Below are positions 53,110 through 62,137 of a stretch of DNA of 64,000 nucleotides, piece after piece. Both the position numbers and the translations under genes were made by a program. Numbering within the stretch: position 1 is the stretch's first letter; every line of letters begins with the position of its first letter. A model generated the notes under the pieces. The model ran no database searches. It had not been told where the DNA came from and saw nothing but the letters and a program-made list of their open reading frames with translations. This DNA is from Actinomycetota bacterium (lineage in GTDB: Bacteria; Actinomycetota; Thermoleophilia; Solirubrobacterales; 70-9): positions 17,123 through 81,122 of the forward strand of contig JBKPND010000029.1 of the NCBI GenBank assembly GCA_046732465.1. Reading direction: 5' to 3'.

Positions 53110-54525
53110 TCAGCGAGCCCGGCCGTACATCTCGGCCACCATGAAGGCGAGGTCGAGCGCCTGGCTGCGGTTGAGCCGCGGGTCGCAGGCGGTCTCGTAA
53201 CGGTTTTGCAGGTCGACCTCGGCGATCTCATGGCCGCCGCCGATGCACTCGGTCACGTCATCGCCGGTGAACTCGACGTGGATGCCGCCCGGATGGGTAC
53301 CGAGCGCGCGGTGCACCTCGAAGAAGCCGGCGACCTCGTCAAAGACGTGGTCCAGGCGGCGCGTCTTGTATCCGGATGGCGCCTCAAAGGTGTTTCCGTG
53401 CATCGGATCGCAGACCCAGACGACCGGGGCACTGTGCTCGGTGATCCTCTCCACCAGCGGCGGCAGAAGGTCCCGGATCCTGTCCGCACCGAGCCGGGTG
53501 ATCAGCGTCAGCCGGCCGGGCTCGCCATCCGGGTTGAGCCTCTCGACCAATGCGACGGCGTCGTCGGGTGAGGCCGTCGGGCCGAGCTTGACGCCGATCG
53601 GATTGCGGATCCGGCGGCAGAACTCCACGTGCGCGCCGTCCAGGTCCCTGGTCCGCTCCCCGATCCAAACCAGGTGCGCGGAGAGGTCGTAGGGGAGCCC
53701 GGTGGGGGCGTCGATGCGAGTCAATGCCCGCTCGTACTCGAGCAGCAGCGCCTCGTGGCTCGAGTAGAACTCGACCCCGTGGAACTCCTCTGAGTCGACG
53801 CCGGCGGCCCTCATGAAGGCGAGCGCCCGATCGATCTCGCCGGCGAGCTGCTCGTAGCGCTGCCCGACCGGGCTTCCCGCGACGAAGTCCCGGTTCCAGG
53901 CGTGCGCCTGATGCAGGTCCGCGTAACCACCGCTCGCGTAGGCCCGGCAGAGGTTCAGGGTCACCGCCGCGCTGTTGTACGCGCGGAGCAGCCGAGCCGG
54001 GTCGGGCTGCCGCGCCTCGGGCGTGAACTCGAAGCCGTTCACCGCGTCGCCGCGGTAGGCGGGAAGCTCCACGCCGTCCCGGGTCTCGGCGGGGCGCGAG
54101 CGGGGCTTCGCGAACTGGCCCGCCAGCCGCCCGATCTTCACGACCGGGACGCTCGCCGCGTAGGTCAGGACGAGCGCCATCTGCAGCAGGGTCTCGATCT
54201 TCTCCCGCACCGCCTCGACCGTCGCCCCGGAGAAGGTTTCCGCGCAGTCGCCTCCCTGCAGGACGAACGCCTCGCCGGAGGCGGCGGCCGACAGCCTCTC
54301 GGTGAGCTGGTCGCACTCCCCGACGAAGACGAGCGGCGGTTGTTGCTCGAGCTCCGCGGCGACGTCGCGAACCCGCGCCGGGTCCGGCCAGTCCGGCTGC
54401 TGGGCAGCGGGAAGCTCGCGCCACGCGTCGAGGTCGATCGGGTTTGCGTGCTCGCCGGTCACGAGCCCAAGACTAGGCCGGGTCGGCGTCAGAGCGATGA
54501 GTTGTCCCGCCTGTGGCAGTCTCAT
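53110..54525 (-). CDS. aroG: 3-deoxy-7-phosphoheptulonate (DAHP) synthase, class II
   Basis: AQQPDWPD and FVLQGGDCAETF match class II enzymes of actinobacterial or plant type, and the length fits. GTG 54462 is an alternative start. Confidence 0.85.
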   Translation of the reverse strand: MRLPQAGQLIALTPTRPSLGLVTGEHANPIDLDAWRELPAAQQPDWPDPARVRDVAAELEQQPPLVFVGECDQLTERLSAAASGEAFVLQGGDCAETFSGATVEAVREKIETLLQMALVLTYAASVPVVKIGRLAGQFAKPRSRPAETRDGVELPAYRGDAVNGFEFTPEARQPDPARLLRAYNSAAVTLNLCRAYASGGYADLHQAHAWNRDFVAGSPVGQRYEQLAGEIDRALAFMRAAGVDSEEFHGVEFYSSHEALLLEYERALTRIDAPTGLPYDLSAHLVWIGERTRDLDGAHVEFCRRIRNPIGVKLGPTASPDDAVALVERLNPDGEPGRLTLITRLGADRIRDLLPPLVERITEHSAPVVWVCDPMHGNTFEAPSGYKTRRLDHVFDEVAGFFEVHRALGTHPGGIHVEFTGDDVTECIGGGHEIAEVDLQNRYETACDPRLNRSQALDLAFMVAEMYGRAR

Positions 54526-54553
54526 GGTGTGACCCGACGAGGAAGGAGCCGAG

Positions 54554-55291
54554 ATGCCTGAGCACAAGACGGGAACGCGCGAGGAATGGGAGGCGGCGCG
54601 GGCGGAGCTCGCGAAGCTCGAGGCCGAGCAGGCCGAACGCGGCCAGGAGATCAGCAAGAAGCGGCGGGAGCTGCCCTGGGTCCCGGTCGAGAAGGACTAC
54701 GAGTTGGACACCGAGGAGGGCAAGAAGACCCTCTCCGAGCTCTTCGACGGCCGCTCGCAGCTGCTCGCCTACAACATCATGTACGGGCCCGACTACACGG
54801 TCGGCGCCTGCCCAGGCTGCACGAGCCTCGGGGACGAGTTCGACGGCAGCCTGATCCACCTGAACAAGCGCGACGTGACCTTCCTCTGCTTCTCGCGGGC
54901 GCCGATCGACCGGCTCGCCGCCTACAAGGAGCGGATGGGCTGGCAGTTCCCCTACGTCTCCACCTACGAGAGTGACTTTCCGTTCGACATGGGCCTCGCC
55001 ATGACCGAGGAGCAGGCGCAGTCCATACCCGAGGTCAAGGGGATGATCGACGACCCGCCCGACTGGCTCCAGGAGTGGTCGGAGCAGGTCGGCGCGGATC
55101 TCAAGGACGGCTTGCGGGAGGGGCCGGGCTTCATCGCCTTCGCAAAGGACAACGGGACCGTCTACCTCACCTACCAGGTGATGGCGCCAGATCCGTTCGT
55201 GGCCCCGTACCACTCGTTCCTGCTCGATCGCACGCCGAAGGAGCAGCCCGAGGAGCCCCGTTCCTGGCGCAAGGACGAGTACCCGGACTGA
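54554..55291 (+). CDS. DUF899 thioredoxin-like family protein
   Basis: REEWEAARAELAKLE..RRELPWV..CPGCTS matches the family. An SD (GGAAGGAG) lies upstream. Confidence 0.75.
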   Translation: MPEHKTGTREEWEAARAELAKLEAEQAERGQEISKKRRELPWVPVEKDYELDTEEGKKTLSELFDGRSQLLAYNIMYGPDYTVGACPGCTSLGDEFDGSLIHLNKRDVTFLCFSRAPIDRLAAYKERMGWQFPYVSTYESDFPFDMGLAMTEEQAQSIPEVKGMIDDPPDWLQEWSEQVGADLKDGLREGPGFIAFAKDNGTVYLTYQVMAPDPFVAPYHSFLLDRTPKEQPEEPRSWRKDEYPD

Positions 55292-55297
55292 CCCGGG

Positions 55298-55765
55298 TCA
55301 GCGATCGGTTTCGGCGAGGGTGCGGTTGAGCTCCACGAGCAGCTGTTTCAGCTGCTTCATCTTCGCCGCGCCCAGTCGCGCCCCCCAGCGATCCTCGAGC
55401 TCCGCGACGAACGCTCGCGCGATCGCGTGGAGCTCTCGGCCCTTCGCGGTGGTGCGGACCAGCTTCGCTCGCCGGTCGCTCGGGTCGGGGACCCGCTCGA
55501 CATAGCCGTAGCGCTCGAGGTGGGCAACCAGCTCCGCCATTGACTGCTTGGTGATCTGCGCGCGCCGGGCGAGGTCGCTGACCCGGGTTCCCTGGTCGTC
55601 GAGGAACTGCATGGCGTTGCCGTGGGGAGCACGGACGTGGGGGTGGCCATTTGCGGCGAAGTGCTCGTGAAGGAGATCCGAGCCGATCAGGAACGGCTCC
55701 CGCAGCAGGACGCCGAGGTTCGGCGCGTCGGGCTGGGCGGCGTGATTGGAGGGATCAGACGACAT
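55298..55765 (-). CDS. MarR-family transcriptional regulator
   Basis: VSDLARRAQITKQSMAELVAHLERYGYVERVPDPSDRRAKLV matches MarR. The start is set at ATG 55765. Confidence 0.85.
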   Translation of the reverse strand: MSSDPSNHAAQPDAPNLGVLLREPFLIGSDLLHEHFAANGHPHVRAPHGNAMQFLDDQGTRVSDLARRAQITKQSMAELVAHLERYGYVERVPDPSDRRAKLVRTTAKGRELHAIARAFVAELEDRWGARLGAAKMKQLKQLLVELNRTLAETDR

Positions 55766-55767
55766 AA

Positions 55768-55818
55768 AGACAGGGTTCCTGTCTATACTAGCCGCACCGA
55801 TAGACAGGCTTCCTGTCT
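55768..55818. promoter_or_regulatory. Two copies of a 17-bp perfect dyad (candidate MarR operators)
   Basis: AGACAGG-GTT-CCTGTCT lies at 55768-55784 and AGACAGG-CTT-CCTGTCT at 55802-55818, between the divergent MarR gene and 55844-56167. Confidence 0.6.
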
Positions 55819-55843
55819 TCAACCTGAATGGAAAGGAAACGAG

Positions 55844-56167
55844 ATGTCGACCGGATACATGACGGTGATGAAGATCAGCGGTGACCCGGACGAGCTCGCG
55901 GCCCGTTACGCGGAGTCGGCGGAGACGATGGCCGGTGTCGGCCGTGACCACGATCTGATCCTGCATGCGACCGCGAAGACCGAGGACGGCCTGATGGTGG
56001 TCAACCTCTGGCCATCCAAGGAGGAGTCCGAGGCGGCGTCCCGCGACCAGCGCCGGATCGCGGAGGTCGCGAGGCATGACCTGGAGAGCCGCCGGATCAG
56101 CCGGGACCACTACGAGCTGGAGAACTGGCAGGTGGGTCCGGCGTCGATGCAGCCAGAGGTCCGCTGA
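55844..56167 (+). CDS. Hypothetical protein (107 aa)
   Basis: An SD (GGAAAGGAAACGAG) lies upstream. The sequence begins MSTGYMTVMKISGDPDELAARY.. I do not recognise a family. Confidence 0.55.
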   Translation: MSTGYMTVMKISGDPDELAARYAESAETMAGVGRDHDLILHATAKTEDGLMVVNLWPSKEESEAASRDQRRIAEVARHDLESRRISRDHYELENWQVGPASMQPEVR

Positions 56168-56240
56168 GGGGTCGCGACGGTGAGGACCGGAATGGTCCGG
56201 AAGTGGGCTTGGCAGTCCGTGCTGGTGTTATACGGGCGCC

Positions 56241-57746
56241 ATGAAGGACGCCAACCTGGTCCTGATCGTCGGCGCCCTGCTGATCGCGGGCCTGCTCGCC
56301 ACTGTGGTGGCCGGGCGGCTTCGCGTCCCGGGACTGCTGCTTTTCCTCGGGCTGGGCATGGCGGTCGGTTCCGACGGGTTCGGCTGGATCGACTTCTCCG
56401 ACTACGAGCTCGCCCGGACGATCGGGGTTGTGGCCCTCGCCCTGATCCTGTTCGAGGGCGGGCTCAGCGTCGGCTTCGGCGAGATCCGGCCGGTCCTGCG
56501 GCCGTCGGTCGCCCTGGCGCTCGTCGGGACCCTGGTCACGGCTGCGATCACCGGCCTCGCCGCGACCTGGCTCTTCGACCTCTCCTTCCTCGAGGGGATG
56601 CTGCTGGGCTCCATCGTCTCAGCGACCGACGGCGCGGCGATCTTCGGCCTGCTGCGCCATTCGCGGTTGCGCGAGCGGCTCTCGCGGACGCTCGAGGGCG
56701 AGTCCGGCCTGAACGATCCGATGGCGATCCTGCTTGTCGTCGGGCTGATCGACTGGATTCAGCTGCCGGACTACGGGTTCGGCGACATGGCCTGGCTCCT
56801 GGTCCGCGAGCTCTCGATCGGGCTTGGGGTCGGGCTCGCGATCGGGTGGGTGGCGGTCCAGGCGCTGCGGCGGGCATGGCTCGGCAACGAGGCCGGCTAC
56901 GTCATCGGGACCATGGGAACCGCGGCGCTCGCCTACGGCGCGGCGAGCAGCCTGCACGGATCGGGGTTTCTGGCCGTCTACCTGGCCGGGCTGTTCCTGG
57001 GAAGCGTGCCGATTCCTGCGAAGCGCGCCGTCGTGGTCTTCCACGAGGGGCTCGCGCTGGTGGCGCAGGTGACGATGTTCGTCGTGCTCGGACTGCTCGT
57101 GTTCCCGTCCGAGCTGGGCGACGTCGCCGTCGAGGGGACTGTCCTGGCCGTCGTGCTCGTCTTCTTGGCGCGGCCGATCGCCACGCTGGTGAGCACCGCC
57201 TTCGAGAGGTTCAGCCTCCGCGAGCGTGCGGTGTTGGCCTGGGCAGGGCTGCGAGGCGCCGTCCCCGTGGTCCTCGCCACCTTCCCCGTGATCGACGGCG
57301 TCTCGCACAGCTTCGACTTCTTCAACATCGTCTTCTTCGCGGTGCTGCTCTCGACCCTGGTCCAGGGAGCGACCTTCGAGCCCTTCGCGCATGCCCTCGG
57401 CATGACCTCCGCGGGCGCGACCCGTGAGCCGGCCGTCCGGCGCCCCCGCACAGCCGGCCAGACCGCGCAGATCCTGATGGTGCGGCCGTGGCGGGAGGCG
57501 GACGGGGATGCGTCATTCCCGAGCAAGGTGCTCGGCGTACGGGTGGAGAAGCATCTGCTCTCGCGGCTCGACCGGCCGGGAGCTCTGCTCGTCCTCTCGG
57601 ACGGCCGCTACGCGTTCACGGGGCCGATCCTGGGGGTGGGCCCGGCGAGTGCCCTGCAGGGCGAGGGCCGGCGCAGGCTCTCCCACGCCGGCTCGGATGC
57701 GGAGCGAGCCTGGTGGCGGGACGTGATCGGCGAGCTGGCCCGCTGA
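56241..57746 (+). CDS. Cation (K+/Na+):proton antiporter, CPA1 family, with a C-terminal regulatory domain
   Basis: About 12 TM segments carry LFEGGL, SATDGAAIF and ESGLNDP. A soluble C-terminal tail of about 100 aa follows. Confidence 0.8.
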   Translation: MKDANLVLIVGALLIAGLLATVVAGRLRVPGLLLFLGLGMAVGSDGFGWIDFSDYELARTIGVVALALILFEGGLSVGFGEIRPVLRPSVALALVGTLVTAAITGLAATWLFDLSFLEGMLLGSIVSATDGAAIFGLLRHSRLRERLSRTLEGESGLNDPMAILLVVGLIDWIQLPDYGFGDMAWLLVRELSIGLGVGLAIGWVAVQALRRAWLGNEAGYVIGTMGTAALAYGAASSLHGSGFLAVYLAGLFLGSVPIPAKRAVVVFHEGLALVAQVTMFVVLGLLVFPSELGDVAVEGTVLAVVLVFLARPIATLVSTAFERFSLRERAVLAWAGLRGAVPVVLATFPVIDGVSHSFDFFNIVFFAVLLSTLVQGATFEPFAHALGMTSAGATREPAVRRPRTAGQTAQILMVRPWREADGDASFPSKVLGVRVEKHLLSRLDRPGALLVLSDGRYAFTGPILGVGPASALQGEGRRRLSHAGSDAERAWWRDVIGELAR

Positions 57747-57765
57747 GCGAGGCGGCCCCGCCGCG

Positions 57766-58497
57766 TCAGTCTTCCTCGGCGCGCTTCGCCAGCCCTTCGA
57801 CGAACAGATCCAGCAGCAGCTCGAAGCGGGCGTCCTGGTCGGCGTCCGCGAAGTGGGCCGCGACCGCCGTGACGTTCGAGAACTGATCGGCCGGGAGGGA
57901 GCCGAGGTAGTCGCCGACCATCTCGGCGCCCTCCTCCAGCGGCGGAGCGGCGCCCGTCTCCGTCTCGGCCTCGTAGCCGGCCTCGTCCATCGCGAAGCCG
58001 TTGACGACCGACATCAGGAGCAGGTAGCTCTGAACCGCGAGCCTGTCCGGGACGCCCCCCGCGCGCAGGATCGCCAGCACCCGCTCGGAGAAGCGGAGCG
58101 CGTTGGGTCCCATCGGAACTCGGCCGATCGAGATCTCGACGATGTCCCGGTGTCGCCGGGTGGTGGCGCGGATTGTCCTCGCCACCCCCTTGAACTGCTC
58201 CTGCCAGCGGTCGGGATCCGGGTCCGGGATCTCCTCGACCTGCTCGCCGATCACCTCGTCGAAGATCAGATCGAGCAGCCCGTCCTTCGAGCCCACGTGC
58301 CAGTAGAGCGAGGCGGCACCGGTGTCGAGCTCGTCGGCGACGCGGCGCATGCTGAAGGCGCCGAGCCCGTCGCGATCGAGGACCTTCAGGGCCGCGGCCA
58401 CGATCGCCTCGCGGGTCAGCGGATCACGCCGACGTCGCCCGCCGCGTTCCGGCACGCGCTGGAAGGGCGGTGGGGGAAGTGCCGGCTCGTCGGCCAT
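57766..58497 (-). CDS. TetR-family transcriptional regulator
   Basis: REAIVAAALKVLDRDGLGAFSMRRVADELDTGAASLYWHV forms the HTH. The gene is divergent from the MFS gene. Confidence 0.85.
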   Translation of the reverse strand: MADEPALPPPPFQRVPERGGRRRRDPLTREAIVAAALKVLDRDGLGAFSMRRVADELDTGAASLYWHVGSKDGLLDLIFDEVIGEQVEEIPDPDPDRWQEQFKGVARTIRATTRRHRDIVEISIGRVPMGPNALRFSERVLAILRAGGVPDRLAVQSYLLLMSVVNGFAMDEAGYEAETETGAAPPLEEGAEMVGDYLGSLPADQFSNVTAVAAHFADADQDARFELLLDLFVEGLAKRAEED

Positions 58498-58567
58498 CTC
58501 GAACAGCGTACCGCTGTCGAACGACGTTGCAGAAAACTCCGATTCGTGCTAGAACACCGTTCGAGTT

Positions 58568-58584
58568 CAAACGACATTCGTTTG
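58568..58584. promoter_or_regulatory. Candidate TetR operator
   Basis: A perfect dyad, CAAACGA-CAT-TCGTTTG, lies in the TetR/MFS intergenic region. Related GAAC..GTTC half-sites are nearby. Confidence 0.45.
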
Positions 58585-58617
58585 ACGATGAACGTTCGAC
58601 TGAGGAGGACCACGGAG

Positions 58618-60090
58618 ATGGAGGCAGCGGCGGTGGCGGTGCGCAACGGACTTGAGCGGTACCCGCGGAAGTGGCTCGCGGCGGCGGTGATGATCGGCGC
58701 GGCGACGATGGACCTGATCGACCTGACGATCGTCAACGTCGCCCTGCCGACGATCCGGGCGGACCTCGGTGCCAGTGGCACGGAGCTCGAGTGGGTGATC
58801 TCCGCCTACATGCTGGCCTTCGCGGCCGGCCTGATCGTCGCCGGCAGCTTCGGCGACCTGCTCGGCCGCAAGCGGATCTTCTGCCTGGGAATCTGGGTGT
58901 TCGGGCTGGCGAGCCTGGCCGCCGGCCTGGCGCAGTCGCCGGGGGAGCTGATCGCGGCTCGTGTCGTGCAAGGGACCGCGGCGGCGATGATGATCCCGCA
59001 GCTCCTCGCAACGTTCCGGGCGATCTTCGACCGTGAGGAGCGCGGCAAGGCGTTCGGCGTCTACGGAGCCGTCCTCGGCTTCGCCTCGGCGATCGGGCTG
59101 GTGCTGGGCGGCGTGCTCACCGAGGCCGACCTCTTCGGCTGGGGCTGGCGGACCGTGTTCTTCGTCAACATCCCTGTCGCTCTCGTCTCGCTGGTTGCCG
59201 CCGTCCGGCTGGTGCCGGAGACGAGCGACCCCAAGGCGGGGCGCCCCGATCTGGTCGGGGCGGGACTGCTCGCGGCCTCGATCGTCGCCATCGCCTACCC
59301 GCTGCTCGAGGGACGAGGTCTCGGCTGGCCGCTCTGGATCTGGGCGATGCTTGCGGCCGGGGTCTGCGGGCTGATCGTGCTCGGCGTGGTCGCGGAGCGG
59401 CGTCCGCACGCCGGCGTGGCGCCCCTGCTGCGCACCCCTGTGCTGCGGATCCCCGCCTTCTCAGCCGGGCTGTTGGTGCAGATGGCGTTCTCGGCCGGGC
59501 TGCAGGGCTTCTCGGTCGCCTTCATCGTCTGGATCCAGAGCGGGATGGGCTTCTCGCCGTTGGGCGCCGGCTTGGTGATGCTCGCGTTCAGCGTCGGCAG
59601 CTTCGCGCTGGCCCCGATCGCCGTGCCGCTCGCGCAGCGGCACGGCCGGAACGTGCTCTGCCTCGGGGGCCTGCTGATGGCGCTCGGGATGCTCGCCGTC
59701 CTGCTCGGGGCGAGTCACGTCGGTACCGGGTCCGATCCATGGCCGGTCGTGCCGGGGCTCGTCATCGCCGGGGCCGGTCTGTCGCTGATGATCATCCCGC
59801 TGGTCAACGTCGTGCTGGCCGCGGTCCCGCACGGGATCGCCGGCGGAGCGGGCGGGATCTTCAGCACCGCGCAGCAGCTCGGCGGCGCGCTCGGCGTGGC
59901 CGTGGTGGGCACGGTGTTCTTCGGCCAGCTCCAGGACCACTCGTTCACGCATGCCTTCGAGCACGCCGCCCCGGTCGTGATCGGGCTGTTCCTGGCCGCG
60001 GCCTTCCTCTCGCTGGCGCTGCCGAAGACGGCGGTAGATCCGTCGGCGGTGTTTGTGGCCGACGTTGATTCGGAGGCGGCGGAGGCATGA
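58618..60090 (+). CDS. MFS transporter, DHA2 family
   Basis: GAATMDLIDLTIVNVALPTI and GSFGDLLGRKRIF are present. GAGGAGG lies 8 nt upstream of ATG 58618. Confidence 0.85.
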   Translation: MEAAAVAVRNGLERYPRKWLAAAVMIGAATMDLIDLTIVNVALPTIRADLGASGTELEWVISAYMLAFAAGLIVAGSFGDLLGRKRIFCLGIWVFGLASLAAGLAQSPGELIAARVVQGTAAAMMIPQLLATFRAIFDREERGKAFGVYGAVLGFASAIGLVLGGVLTEADLFGWGWRTVFFVNIPVALVSLVAAVRLVPETSDPKAGRPDLVGAGLLAASIVAIAYPLLEGRGLGWPLWIWAMLAAGVCGLIVLGVVAERRPHAGVAPLLRTPVLRIPAFSAGLLVQMAFSAGLQGFSVAFIVWIQSGMGFSPLGAGLVMLAFSVGSFALAPIAVPLAQRHGRNVLCLGGLLMALGMLAVLLGASHVGTGSDPWPVVPGLVIAGAGLSLMIIPLVNVVLAAVPHGIAGGAGGIFSTAQQLGGALGVAVVGTVFFGQLQDHSFTHAFEHAAPVVIGLFLAAAFLSLALPKTAVDPSAVFVADVDSEAAEA

Positions 60091-60620
60091 GCGCGGGCGC
60101 CTGTCGCGACCGGCGGCCGGTCGAGCGCGAGTACGCGCGCGTCGTGGAGCGCCACCGTGACGAGCTGCACGCGCACTCGCGCCGGATCCTGCGCTCGTCG
60201 CAGGACGCGGAGGACGCCCTCCAGGAGGCCCTGCTGCGAGCCTGGAGGGCACTGCCCTCGTTCGAGGGGCGAAGCTCGCTGCGCAGCTGGCTCTACCGGA
60301 TCGTCACCAACGCCTCGCTCGACGTGATCAAGCGCCGCCCGAGGGGGATCGTCCCCGCGGAGTACGCGTCGCCGGCCGGGGAGGGCGAGGTGGACCCCGA
60401 GGATCGCTACGAGCGCCGTGAGTCAATCGCGCGGGCGGTTGCAACGGCCGAGCGCATCCTCCCCGAGAGACAGCGGACGGTCCTGATGCTCCGCGAGGTG
60501 CTCGGCCTCTCGGCCCGGGAGACGGCCGACCGCCTCGGCACCAGCGTGCCGGCAGTGAACAGCGCTCTGCAGCGCGCTCGCGCCCGGATCGATCGGGAGA
60601 CGGAGGAACAAGCCGCATGA
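60087..60620 (+). CDS. ECF sigma factor (short form), translationally coupled to the MFS gene
   Basis: The start overlaps the MFS stop (ATGA). AEDALQEALLRAWRALPSFEGRSSLRSWLYRIVTNASLDVIK and RQRTVLMLREVLGLSARETADRL are the sigma-2 and sigma-4 regions. Confidence 0.85.
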   Translation: MSAGACRDRRPVEREYARVVERHRDELHAHSRRILRSSQDAEDALQEALLRAWRALPSFEGRSSLRSWLYRIVTNASLDVIKRRPRGIVPAEYASPAGEGEVDPEDRYERRESIARAVATAERILPERQRTVLMLREVLGLSARETADRLGTSVPAVNSALQRARARIDRETEEQAA

Positions 60621-60733
60621 ATCACCGCACCGACTCTGTGTCATTTCGGATCGGGACCGAGTCCGCGTGTTAGCGTGCCGCCGCCAATAGCGGGGTACGG
60701 GCCCCGCGCCAACTCTCTCGGGAGGAGAGCCAT

Positions 60734-61534
60734 ATGAAGATGAGGCGCCTCGTCGCGTTTCTCTGTGTGCTTGCCGCCTGCGCCATCTTCGTCGCGCCGG
60801 CGTGGGCGACGAAGTACGTGTCGCTGGGCGACTCGTACTCATCGGGTACGGGCACGCGCACCTACTACGACTCGAATTGCCAGAAGTCGGTCACGTCCTA
60901 TCCGTACCTGCTCCACAACGCCCATCTGAGCTGGACGTTCGTGCACGCCGCGTGCTCGGGCGCCACGACCAGCAGCCTGCTGTCGGGTCAGGTCTCGAGC
61001 GTCACCTCGGACACCAGCTGGGTGAGCTACACGATCGGCGGCAACGACGCCGGGTTCTCGAGCGTGATCACGGAATGCGCCCAGCCCGGCTGGCTGTCCG
61101 ACTGCAACGGCGCGATCGACGACGCCCAGTCGTTCATCCAGAACACCCTGCCCGGCCGGCTCGATCAGGTGAACAACGCGATCAAGTCGAGGGCGACGAG
61201 CGCGAAGGTGATCGTGCTCGACTATCCCCGCCTCTTCAACGGCGAGGATTGCAACGCGGGCACCTGGTTCAGCCCGAGCGAGGAGACGCGGCTGAACCAG
61301 ACCGCGGACATGCTGAAGAACGCGCTCAGCGCGGCGGCCTCTCGCGCGGGCGCGAACTTCCTGTTCCGCGACGTGATCCCGCCGTTCATCGGCCACGCCG
61401 TCTGCGACGGCGGGGGCGGGTCGTCGACCGAGTGGATCAACGGCCTCTCCAATCCGATCGGAGAGAGCTACCACCCGAAGGTGACCGGGCACGCCAACGG
61501 CTACTACCCGGTGGTGCACAACACCACTGGCTAG
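60734..61534 (+). CDS. Secreted SGNH/GDSL-family hydrolase (lipase/esterase)
   Basis: A signal peptide is followed by YVSLGDSYSSG (block I) and GGND (block III). The C-terminal histidine is in an HP context rather than the DxxH that I recall for this family. Confidence 0.8.
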   Translation: MKMRRLVAFLCVLAACAIFVAPAWATKYVSLGDSYSSGTGTRTYYDSNCQKSVTSYPYLLHNAHLSWTFVHAACSGATTSSLLSGQVSSVTSDTSWVSYTIGGNDAGFSSVITECAQPGWLSDCNGAIDDAQSFIQNTLPGRLDQVNNAIKSRATSAKVIVLDYPRLFNGEDCNAGTWFSPSEETRLNQTADMLKNALSAAASRAGANFLFRDVIPPFIGHAVCDGGGGSSTEWINGLSNPIGESYHPKVTGHANGYYPVVHNTTG

Positions 61535-61544
61535 TCGCTCCGGG

Positions 61545-61578
61545 GAAGCGGCGCTGGGGTCTACCTCAGCGCCGCTTC
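61545..61578 (+). terminator. Stem-loop terminator after the SGNH gene
   Basis: A 12-bp perfect stem, GAAGCGGCGCTG / CAGCGCCGCTTC, has a 10-nt loop and is followed by TTCCCC. Confidence 0.55.
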
Positions 61579-61662
61579 TTCCCCGATTCCGCGGCAATGG
61601 GCGAAGAACTTGTGCGCTGACCGCACAAGGGCGTAACCTCCCCGCCAGACCCTGCGCTAGTA

Positions 61663-62052
61663 GTGGGTAGCCAGCGACTCAATCATCCGGAGGATTCGAT
61701 GAAACAGGGGCTACAGGGGCGAGGCGACGCGAGGGACCGCGCGTTCTCGGTGCAGACCGAGCACGATGAAGCGGTCGAGCGCGTGCGCCTGCTCGGAGAG
61801 ATGGACCTCTCCGTCGTCGGAGAGGTTGACAGCGAGATGCGGAGGGCGGAGGCGACCGACGCGGCCGAGATCGAGCTGGATCTCGATCAGCTCACCTTCC
61901 TGGACGCTTCGGGCATTCGCCTGCTGCTCGACCTCAACAGGCGGTCCAGCCGGAACGGCGGCCGTCTGCGGATCAGGCCGGCCACCTCCCCTCAGGTCCG
62001 GCGGGTGCTGGCGCTGACCGGGGTGGAGGAGCTGCTGCCGATCCAGGCCTAG
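61663..62052 (+). CDS. STAS-domain anti-sigma-factor antagonist
   Basis: LLGEMDLSVV..LDLDQLTFLDASGIRLLLDL matches STAS. The start is uncertain, with ATG 61699 as an alternative. Confidence 0.7.
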   Translation: MGSQRLNHPEDSMKQGLQGRGDARDRAFSVQTEHDEAVERVRLLGEMDLSVVGEVDSEMRRAEATDAAEIELDLDQLTFLDASGIRLLLDLNRRSSRNGGRLRIRPATSPQVRRVLALTGVEELLPIQA

Positions 62053-62137
62053 GGCTCGGCCTCGGCGGGTCGGGACCCGGCGCGTCAAATCCTGCGTGCC
62101 GCGTCAAATCCCCGCGTAAGGTGTTCGTGGGGAAGGC

